From NCBI GenBank assembly GCA_946611835.1, contig CAMOEE010000001.1:1-47371 (forward strand): DNA of 47,371 nucleotides. The letters are read 5' to 3'. The notes beneath the pieces were generated by a model, which was given only the letters and a program-made list of their open reading frames with translations, was not told the DNA's origin and did not search any database. The translations under genes were made by a program, and so were the position numbers. The DNA is from an uncultured Treponema sp. (GTDB lineage Bacteria > Spirochaetota > Spirochaetia > Treponematales > Treponemataceae). Below are positions 36,076 to 44,127 of this stretch, in pieces. Position 1 is the first letter of the stretch; every line of letters begins with the position of its first letter.

Positions 36076-37485
36076 ATGAAAAAAATTGCAGGAATTCTGC
36101 CCCTTCTTTTGATTTGCGGGTGCATTTATGCCATCGATGTTAATAAGGGCGAGCTTGAGTCGGCCCAGAAAGATTCAGTCCAGTTCGAGAATTATAGCGG
36201 GCCTCATGCCGTGATTGAAAGTGCGGACGCAATCACAGGAATCGGCCGCGCTCTTGGTGAGGAGGTCGCCCGTGATGTAGAGAATCCTCTTTCTGTTCAG
36301 CCGCATGCAAAATATTCTGTCTATCATGTAGTAGGAGCTCCCGAAGAGAAGGGGCTTGACGCAGACATCCTTTTCCTGAATGAGAATGCCGGGGTTGACC
36401 ACATCAACAATCTCAGACGCATCATCACAGGTTTTTTGACGGCGGCTTACGGCTACCCAAAGGAAGACGCTGAGACACTTTCTGTTTTCATCACTGTTTA
36501 CAATGCCGTTTACCGGGGCCAGATTTCCGCCTTTGCCACAAAATACAAGAATGCGGTCCTCACATATCTTACGGAGGATTCCCTTGGATTGAGCACGAAC
36601 TGGGAAGAATGGGCCGGCAGGACACAGATTGTCATTCCGCTCGGAAGTATCGCCGGGGGAAGTGCCACAATCGAGACATCAGAAATCAGCGATGACAAGG
36701 TAATCGAGGCCCTGCGCAGGGATGAGGGCAAAAATCTCGATGTGCGAGAAAAGCTGACTGACATAAAAGAAAAAGAAGCTGATAACGCAAGCGAAAAGGC
36801 AAAGACCGCCCAGAAAGAAGCCGCCCAGGAGCGGAAAGAGGGCAAGACAGACGAGGCCGGGCAAAGCGCAAAGACTGCAAGCGAGCAGCAGAAAATCGCC
36901 GACAAAAAAGGTGAGGAAGTGAAGACTGAGCGGGAGCAGATCTCAAAGGACAAGGCTGAGGTCAAAAAAGAAGAGGTTGCGAAAGCAGCCGAAGAGCAGA
37001 ACATCAAGTACCTCACCAGTCTTTTTATCGTTGACGAGAAGAAAAAACTCTATTCGCTGATGACGGTTAATCCTCAGAACGGCTCTGTCGTCAAAAAATC
37101 CGGCATAAAGCAAATCCGGGAGAAGACGATTTATCCACTTGGAGGTGGATTTGTGGCTGTCTGCGGCGTGAACGACAAGCACTCTGCCGTTAAACTCTGC
37201 ATTATTGATGAGGTGACCCTCGAAATCAAAAAAGAAAGCAGCGAAACTCTCTCTGAGAACACTTCACTTGTCCTTGAGGGCGACCTTTTCTATGCGATTG
37301 TCAGCGAAGGTAAAAAGAATTATCTTGCGGCCTTTGACAAGGATTTGAACCTCAAAAAGAAGAGCGATGTCGCAATCAACGGCGCAAGCCCTCTCAATTT
37401 CTACAGTGAGGGAATCATAGTGACCGACGAAAAGGGAAATCCTGTTCTACTTTCATTGCCGGCCCTGGCACCTGTCTGGTTATAA
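36076..37485 (+). CDS. P83/100-family spirochaete antigen
   Basis: Signal peptide, VQFENYSGPH, DADILFL..NAGVDHINNLRRI, FITVYNAVYRG, WAGRTQIVIPL, charged coiled coil. Confidence 0.8.
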   Translation: MKKIAGILPLLLICGCIYAIDVNKGELESAQKDSVQFENYSGPHAVIESADAITGIGRALGEEVARDVENPLSVQPHAKYSVYHVVGAPEEKGLDADILFLNENAGVDHINNLRRIITGFLTAAYGYPKEDAETLSVFITVYNAVYRGQISAFATKYKNAVLTYLTEDSLGLSTNWEEWAGRTQIVIPLGSIAGGSATIETSEISDDKVIEALRRDEGKNLDVREKLTDIKEKEADNASEKAKTAQKEAAQERKEGKTDEAGQSAKTASEQQKIADKKGEEVKTEREQISKDKAEVKKEEVAKAAEEQNIKYLTSLFIVDEKKKLYSLMTVNPQNGSVVKKSGIKQIREKTIYPLGGGFVAVCGVNDKHSAVKLCIIDEVTLEIKKESSETLSENTSLVLEGDLFYAIVSEGKKNYLAAFDKDLNLKKKSDVAINGASPLNFYSEGIIVTDEKGNPVLLSLPALAPVWL

Positions 37486-37815
37486 GGCTAGGAGCTTCTT
37501 TCGCTCGGATTTGATTGTTTCGCAGAAGCCTGTGTAGTCAGTCTGGGTCTGCTTGCGGAGAAGTTCCGTCATTTGGCAGATTGGTTCATAGAGCGGGGTG
37601 AGGGCAAGGTTCCCGACAATGCCCTTGAGCGCATGCACAATCTCAAAGGCTGTGGCGTAGTCTTTTGAGGCTATGATGTCCGAGAGCTTTTCAAAACGGT
37701 CGTCGGCTATGCCCATGTTCACCATTTTGAGGTAGAAATCTTCTTTGTTGAGGCATCTTGCAAGTCCTTCATCTACATTTGCACCGTATTCTCTGAGTGA
37801 ATCAATCGTAACCAT
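37480..37815 (-). CDS. Stand-alone Hpt phosphotransfer protein
   Basis: EGLARC, HALKGIVGNL motif. Confidence 0.88.
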   Translation of the reverse strand: MVTIDSLREYGANVDEGLARCLNKEDFYLKMVNMGIADDRFEKLSDIIASKDYATAFEIVHALKGIVGNLALTPLYEPICQMTELLRKQTQTDYTGFCETIKSERKKLLAL

Positions 37816-37960
37816 AGTCGTGCTCCCATATCTGATATAGTTCTATTATAATGCACTTCTCAGGAAAAACACAGAAAAATTTAAGAAAAATTTGAGAATT
37901 TCAAATTTGTGTGTTAGAATTTTTGAAATAACACTTCCGCATGATTTGGTGGTCCAGCTT

Positions 37961-39271
37961 ATGAAAAAGATAATGATTGTTGATGATGAAAAAATCTATC
38001 TCATGATGACAAATCACATCCTTTCTTCGGCTTATGATACGGTCTGTGCCTCTTCTGGTGCGGAGGCAATCGAACTTTACAAAAAAGAAAGGCCGGACAT
38101 GATTCTTTCTGACCTTCGTATGCCGGAAATGTCAGGCTATGAGCTTCAGCAGGCCCTTCAAAACGAATACGAAGAAAAAATCCCTTTCATGTTTATGACA
38201 GCCGACACCGACGAGGAGACAGAAAGCAAGGGTTTTGAGAACGGAGCCATGGACTTCATTCGCAAGCCTTTCCGGGCCGACATCCTCCTAAAGCGGGTTA
38301 GCAACATCCTTGATACAATCGAAAAGATTCAGGGATTAAAAAAAGCCGTCGTTATGGATCCTATGACCGGCCTTCTGAACAAGGCCTCTGTCGAGCAGGA
38401 AATCTCGAATCTTTGCAGAAATACTTCCGGCGTCCTCCTTATGATTGACCTTGACAGCTTCAAGCTGGTGAACGACATTTACGGTCATGCTATGGGCGAT
38501 AAAATTCTGGTCTGTTTCTCTGAGATTTTAAAGGCAGTTGTACGCCCGATTGATGTCGTCGGCCGTCTTGGAGGCGACGAATTCATTGCTTTTTGCCAGA
38601 ATGTCAACGATGAGGTCGTAATCGAAAAAAAAGCCCGTTTCATCAACAAATATCTGCTTGATGCCGCCAGGGAGCTGATGGGGCAGGACATGAACATTCC
38701 GCTGGGTGCCTCAATCGGCTGTGTTTTTGTGCCCGATGAGGGAACTGATTTCGCTTCTTTGAGCAAAAAGGCTGACAAGGCTCTTTATGCCGTCAAACAG
38801 AACGGAAAGCACGGCTTTATTTTTTACACTGACCTGTCTTCGGACGAAAAGAAGGAAGAAGGTCAGACAACGGATCTGGCCAATGCCATTAAGATTTTAC
38901 GGGAGAGGAGCAAGGGAAAGGGGGCTTTCGTGCTTTCTTTCGAGCAGTTCCGCATGGCATATCAGTTCCTTTCGAGGCTCAACGCAAACTATCAGAAGGA
39001 AATAAGCCTGATTTTGTTCTCGGTCAATGAAAAGGAACATGCTGCCCTTCCTATAGAGGATGCAGTCGATGAATTCATGGAGATTCTTGGCTCTTCATTA
39101 AGGCAGAGCGATCTTGTTACCAAGAACGGGGCCAACCAGTGCATGGTAATTTTGCCGGAGACTTCTCCTCAGAATGTGGGGGTGGTCACGGAGCGAATCT
39201 TAAGCAAGTGGGACGAGGCCGATTCTTCGGCAATGTTTGAAATAAAAATCGAAAGCGGAAAGATGGAATAA
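37961..39271 (+). CDS. Response regulator diguanylate cyclase (REC-GGDEF plus a degenerate second GGDEF)
   Basis: IVDDE, DLRMP, KPF, DPMTGLLN, RLGGDEF, ADKALY. Confidence 0.92.
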   Translation: MKKIMIVDDEKIYLMMTNHILSSAYDTVCASSGAEAIELYKKERPDMILSDLRMPEMSGYELQQALQNEYEEKIPFMFMTADTDEETESKGFENGAMDFIRKPFRADILLKRVSNILDTIEKIQGLKKAVVMDPMTGLLNKASVEQEISNLCRNTSGVLLMIDLDSFKLVNDIYGHAMGDKILVCFSEILKAVVRPIDVVGRLGGDEFIAFCQNVNDEVVIEKKARFINKYLLDAARELMGQDMNIPLGASIGCVFVPDEGTDFASLSKKADKALYAVKQNGKHGFIFYTDLSSDEKKEEGQTTDLANAIKILRERSKGKGAFVLSFEQFRMAYQFLSRLNANYQKEISLILFSVNEKEHAALPIEDAVDEFMEILGSSLRQSDLVTKNGANQCMVILPETSPQNVGVVTERILSKWDEADSSAMFEIKIESGKME

Positions 39272-39272
39272 A

Positions 39273-39313
39273 AAAAGGAATGACAAGGCCCTATGTTCGC
39301 CAAATCATTCCTT
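39273..39313. terminator. Bidirectional terminator
   Basis: AAAGGAATGA...TCATTCCTTT between convergent genes. Confidence 0.55.
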
Positions 39314-39326
39314 TCTTGAGGTGTTT

Positions 39327-41012
39327 TTAATCCCTCTGAATGCCTTTTTTTCGTAATTCGCTTACTTCGTCCGGCGGAATCGGCTTTGAGAAGTAATATC
39401 CCTGAATGATTTCGCAGCCCGCCTCTTTGAGAATATCAAGCTGGTCTTTAGTCTCTACACCTTCGGCTATGCAGGGAATGCCGAAATGCTTTGCGATTCC
39501 GATGATTACATTGACGAGGTACATGGTTTTCTTGTCGTAAATGATTTTCCGGATAAAGCCGATGTCGATTTTAATTGCGTCAATCGGGAGGCATGCCAGC
39601 ATGTTGAGGCTTGAGTAACCCGAGCCGAAATCGTCCATCTCGACCCTGAATCCAGCCTCACGGAGATTTTTGACCGCCTCGACCAGAATGCTGTTGTTCT
39701 CGGTGTAGGCTGACTCGGTGATTTCAAGAAGGAATTCTCCTGGCGGAATGTTGTTTTCCTGGGTGATTTGTAACAAATAATCAACGATTTTCGGGTCGTG
39801 CAAATCGACACGGCTTACATTGACCGAAACGGGAAGGGTTGTGCCATGAATTTCCTTCCATTTTCGCATTTGAACTGCGACCTCTTTCCAGACATATTTG
39901 TCGAGCTTTTGAATGAGACCGTTCTTTTCGAACTGGGGAATGAATGTGCTAGGAAGCATCTTGCCGAATTCCGGGTGTGTCCAGCTGACAAGGGCTTCGA
40001 AGCTGGAAAGGACGGGGGATGCGCCCTGAATGTTGTATTTTGGCTGATAGAGGACTCGGAACTGCCTTTTTTCGACGGCATCGGCAAAATCGCTCAGGAT
40101 GCGGGCTTTTTTGATTTCCTCTTCCAGCATTTTTTCGTCATATATGGCATAGGCCGAGTTGAATGATTCCCGAAGCGTGTTGCAGGCGTAAAGTGCCCTG
40201 TCAAAGCTCTGCTCGATTGATACTGACTGGAATGTGCCTTCGCAGATACCCATGCGGACATGAATCTCCGTTTCCTTGAGAAGCTCCGAGAGATGGAACT
40301 GTATTCGCTCCAGAGGCTTGTCGTAGTTCCAGTGATGAGCCATGTAAAGGAAGAAACCGTCGGCGTTGTAGCGGCAGCCGATTCCCTCTGATTCTTCGGC
40401 GAGCTGAGTTATGTCGGCGGCAATGGTCTGCAGGATGATGTTTCCGAAATTGCGGCCATAAATCTCGTTTATGAGATGAAAATTCGTGAGGTTGATTACG
40501 ATGGCGTCCATCGTCGTGGCGGCATTGCGCTCTTTGAGCTGTTTTGCATATTCGAAGAAATATTCTTTTGTGTAGAGATGGGTGAGGAGGTCTTTCTCGG
40601 TGGACTGAATGAGCTTCATCTGCTCGGAAAGTGAGATTGCGTGGCGAACCCGTGCCAGAATTACCTGGGGGCTGTCATAAGGCTTTGTTAAAAAGTCGAT
40701 GGCACCAATCTGGAGACTTTTGATTTCTGCGGACTTTTCGCTGGTGAGAACAATGATTGGGGTTCTTGCTAGTTCCGGGTCTTTTATCACTGTTTCCATG
40801 ACAGTGTAGCCGTCAACCTGCGGCATGAGAAGGTCAAGGAGCATGAGAGAAATCTGACCCTTTTGGTCACGGAGCACAGAAAGAGCCTCTGTTCCGTTTT
40901 CGGCCTGAATCACTTCATAGTGCTGAGAAAGAATCTCGTTAAGCATCTCGCGGTTTACCGCTTCGTCATCGACCACGAGAATTGTCCGGCGGAAATCTTT
41001 TATTCTATCCAT
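39327..41012 (-). CDS. REC + degenerate GGDEF + EAL phosphodiesterase
   Basis: LVVDD, DLLMP, NADGF in place of GGDEF, FEALV, DDFGSGYSS, EGVET, QGYYFSKP; start moved to ATG 41012. Confidence 0.9.
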   Translation of the reverse strand: MDRIKDFRRTILVVDDEAVNREMLNEILSQHYEVIQAENGTEALSVLRDQKGQISLMLLDLLMPQVDGYTVMETVIKDPELARTPIIVLTSEKSAEIKSLQIGAIDFLTKPYDSPQVILARVRHAISLSEQMKLIQSTEKDLLTHLYTKEYFFEYAKQLKERNAATTMDAIVINLTNFHLINEIYGRNFGNIILQTIAADITQLAEESEGIGCRYNADGFFLYMAHHWNYDKPLERIQFHLSELLKETEIHVRMGICEGTFQSVSIEQSFDRALYACNTLRESFNSAYAIYDEKMLEEEIKKARILSDFADAVEKRQFRVLYQPKYNIQGASPVLSSFEALVSWTHPEFGKMLPSTFIPQFEKNGLIQKLDKYVWKEVAVQMRKWKEIHGTTLPVSVNVSRVDLHDPKIVDYLLQITQENNIPPGEFLLEITESAYTENNSILVEAVKNLREAGFRVEMDDFGSGYSSLNMLACLPIDAIKIDIGFIRKIIYDKKTMYLVNVIIGIAKHFGIPCIAEGVETKDQLDILKEAGCEIIQGYYFSKPIPPDEVSELRKKGIQRD

Positions 41013-41022
41013 AAAGATTATT

Positions 41023-43221
41023 TTAACCCCTTTTTTGAAATTCCGCAAATTCTGTTGGCCTCATTCCTGTGACTTTTTTGAAGACATTTGAGAAATAATT
41101 GGGGTTTGAGAAGCCAAGATGACTGGAGATATCGTTCATCTTCATCTTTCCGCTTTTTATGAGGTTCTTCGCCTGCTCGATTTTGAGCCGCTCGTGCAAG
41201 GTCTGGGTGGAATATCCGGTCAGCTCCTTTGTACGCCGTGTGAGATAGCTTTTGCTCATCCCGAAATGGCTGGCCATCTTGTTGAGGTCGCACATTTCTT
41301 CGATATGGTCTAGAAGGTAGCCGATGATTTTGTCAGAGTCCAGCTTTCCGCCACGAACAGCCGGCTTTTCTTCGGGTGTGAGCTGTACCTTTTCGGCAAG
41401 TTCCTCACGGTTACCAAGGAGCAGGGTATGAGTCTGTGTCTTGCCTTCCTTTATATAAACCCTGTGAATGTTCTGGCTGAGGATTTTCTGAAGGTCATCG
41501 TAAAGATCCATGCAGCCGTCGTTCATAAAAATGAATGCGTATCCCAGATATTTCCCGGCATGGAAGAGTGGCGTGAGGGTGAAGGAAAAAGAGGATTTTT
41601 TTGAGAAATATTTTTTGGGGAATAAGGCTGGTTCCCGGACTCTGATTGGAAGCGGAGAAGGCGTATCCCCGCAGGAATCAGGGAAGAACATCTCGATATT
41701 GGTTTCGGACAAGTCATCAGAAAGCGAGGGCGAAAGACATAAAATGATTCCGGGGATTGAAAGTGCGCTCAGTTTTATTCTCAGGATATTCTCGATTTGC
41801 CGTAAATTTTCGGCCGAGGAGAGCATGAGGGCCAGGCTCATAAGATTCGTCGTGTTGTGAGAGTCGACCTGCGCCGAAATCATCCTGTAGCGGTCATGGA
41901 CGGAATGCATGGCATGGAGGGCGTGGAAAATATTCTCGATTTTGCGTGTGGAAGCAGGATTATCAGCGACAAGGGGAAGCAAAATTCGCCTCAGGGCGGA
42001 AATATCTTTCGTGAGGGAAGAATTTACGCTGTTTTTTTCTTTTGCGGGCGAATAACGGTATGAAAAAATATGTCTTCTGAACCAGGTGAGTATAGTTCGG
42101 GGGGGGGGTACATTTGTATTGTAAATATCTGAAAGAATTGCCTTTATGAGGGAAGTTTTCCTGTCGTCAGAAAGATAAGGGAAAGCCTGCATAAGAGAGT
42201 TTTCAAGATATGAGCGGACTTCAATTTCGCTTGAGTCCGGGCCTGGAGCAGGAATGGGAAAAGGCTCGTCGTTCTGGGAATCGATGATTGCTTCTTCGAG
42301 ACAGCCGCAGCTCTGGCGAATTACGAGCGATGTCTGGACTACACGATGACTTTCGGCCATTGGCTCGGAGGACATAATCTTGTCAATAAGAAGCTCGACC
42401 GCCTCATAACCGCGTCTGAAATATGCGAGGTCAATCGTCGTAATCGGCGAGGACGATGTGAGGCCTGCCAGCTGGTTGTTGAAGCCGGTGACAGCGACAT
42501 CTTCCGGCACCCGAAGTCCATGTTTTTCAAGTTCTTCTATTAATATGTGGGCGATAATGTCGCTCGATGTGAGGATTGCCTGAATATCGTCCTTTTCTTT
42601 GAGGAATTTTTCTACTTCTGAGACGACCGCCTGTTCATCAAGAGAATCAGCGAGAAAAATCATGTCGTCAGTTACGGAGAGCCCAAAATCAGCCATTGCC
42701 TCTTTGTAGGAGTTGAGGCGCAGCTGGTGAGGAAGTGAGAATTTAGAGCCGAAAAAGGCTATTTTTGAAAATCCGTGGACTTTGACAAGATGCTCAACGA
42801 GAAGATGAATGGAATAGTCGTTGTCGATTCTGATTGAAGGCACGCCCGGAATATCAAGGTAGCCGATGTCAACGAGTGGAAGAGGCTTGAGGGATGCGAA
42901 AAGACTGCTAATCTCCTCGTTTGATATGTAAGGCGATAGGGACGAGGCCCAGCTTATAAGACCGTCGAGAAGGGGTGGACGCAGGAATGGAAGCCTGGCC
43001 ATGTACTGCTTGAAAAAACTCGTGTCGATGATGAAAGATGGCTTGATAGCGCTTGCCAGGTTGATGAAGTTGACCCCGTAATTCTCGCAGGCACGAATAA
43101 TTCCGGCAAGGTACTCCTGCCCAATAAAAGAAGAAAAATCTGCGACGGCGGTGAATCCGATTGTAAGGGGCGTGGATCGTTTCTTAAGAAAATTGCGGCG
43201 TGCAGTGATTTGGGAATTCAT
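41023..43221 (-). CDS. LacI-type sugar-binding domain + C-terminal AraC HTH regulator
   Basis: RIDN, KIAFFG, VPEDVAVTGFNN, LVIRQSCGC, LGFSNPNYFSNVFKKVTGMRPTEF. Confidence 0.9.
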   Translation of the reverse strand: MNSQITARRNFLKKRSTPLTIGFTAVADFSSFIGQEYLAGIIRACENYGVNFINLASAIKPSFIIDTSFFKQYMARLPFLRPPLLDGLISWASSLSPYISNEEISSLFASLKPLPLVDIGYLDIPGVPSIRIDNDYSIHLLVEHLVKVHGFSKIAFFGSKFSLPHQLRLNSYKEAMADFGLSVTDDMIFLADSLDEQAVVSEVEKFLKEKDDIQAILTSSDIIAHILIEELEKHGLRVPEDVAVTGFNNQLAGLTSSSPITTIDLAYFRRGYEAVELLIDKIMSSEPMAESHRVVQTSLVIRQSCGCLEEAIIDSQNDEPFPIPAPGPDSSEIEVRSYLENSLMQAFPYLSDDRKTSLIKAILSDIYNTNVPPPRTILTWFRRHIFSYRYSPAKEKNSVNSSLTKDISALRRILLPLVADNPASTRKIENIFHALHAMHSVHDRYRMISAQVDSHNTTNLMSLALMLSSAENLRQIENILRIKLSALSIPGIILCLSPSLSDDLSETNIEMFFPDSCGDTPSPLPIRVREPALFPKKYFSKKSSFSFTLTPLFHAGKYLGYAFIFMNDGCMDLYDDLQKILSQNIHRVYIKEGKTQTHTLLLGNREELAEKVQLTPEEKPAVRGGKLDSDKIIGYLLDHIEEMCDLNKMASHFGMSKSYLTRRTKELTGYSTQTLHERLKIEQAKNLIKSGKMKMNDISSHLGFSNPNYFSNVFKKVTGMRPTEFAEFQKRG
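42099..42108. repeat. G10 homopolymer within the regulator CDS
   Basis: C10 on the coding strand encodes PPP-R in NVPPPRT. Confidence 0.85.
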
Positions 43222-43334
43222 TGTGTTGAATTATAGCATGGAAAGGAAAGAAAAATTCACAAAATCGTAAGAATTTTTGTCAGTTGTTGCCGAAAATCGA
43301 TAAATTTTCGCTATATATAGGCAGAGGAAAAAAT

Positions 43335-43927
43335 ATGAATGATTTGATTACACAAAGTAATGAAAACAGAACTTGATGTCGCAAAATGCGACATCAAGTT
43401 GGGGTGGTAACAGAAAATCTTCTTACGCTTTCACGGAGCAGGGTGTTGCCATGCTTTCTGGTGTTCTCAGAAGTGAGACCGCAATTGCGGTGAGCATACA
43501 GATAATGAATGCTTTTGTGCAGATGAGGCATTTTTTGCAAAACAATGCGGAAATCTTTGTTGAGTTAAAATCAATAAGAAAACATCAGATTGAGTCGGAT
43601 ATTCACCAAAAAGAAGCTGACAAACGGATTGATGAGCTTTTTGACAAAATGGATAAATATGCAATTGATGATCGGCAGGGAATATTTTTTCAAGGACAAA
43701 TTTTTGATGCCTATGCGAAACTTTCTGCGATGGATATTCAGAAATTTAATGCTCAATATCCAAGTCTCACGGTTGATTATACGACAAAGATGCATGACAG
43801 GTTTCTTATTATTGATAATCAGACTTTGTACCACATAGGTGCGTCGCTCAAAGATTTAGGAAAGAAGTGTTTTGCATTTGAGGTTTTGGAATCAGCTCTA
43901 ATTCCGAGTGTGTTGAAGAATCTCTGA
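43335..43927 (+). pseudogene. ORF6N-domain gene with internal deletions
   Basis: AGAGGA + ATG 43335 stops after 13 codons; another frame gives SQNATSSWGG..YAFTEQGVAMLS (ORF6N C-half), FFQGQIFDAY and HDRFLIID..YHIGASLKDLGKK. Confidence 0.7.
43370..43400. repeat. Perfect 14-bp-arm inverted repeat in the ORF6N gene
   Basis: AACTTGATGTCGCA-AAA-TGCGACATCAAGTT. Confidence 0.95.
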
Positions 43928-44046
43928 AAAGAATCTTAGAAAAGTCTTATAAAATCTGTTAAATTCGCAAAATTTTGTATCGAAAATAATTTTTTCTTTT
44001 ATGTAAAACTGCTGGAATCTGTCGCAATATAATTTCAAATCTATAG

Positions 44047-44087
44047 TCGGAAATTTTACATTTTTGATTTAATTGTGAAAAATCCGA
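44047..44087. promoter_or_regulatory. Imperfect inverted repeat, candidate operator
   Basis: TCGGAAATTTTACA-N13-TGTGAAAAATCCGA (12/14 match), 40 bp upstream of the pectinesterase-like gene. Confidence 0.4.
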
Positions 44088-44127
44088 ACATGGGTACAAA
44101 AAGTAAAAACAGAAATGGAGGATTTCT

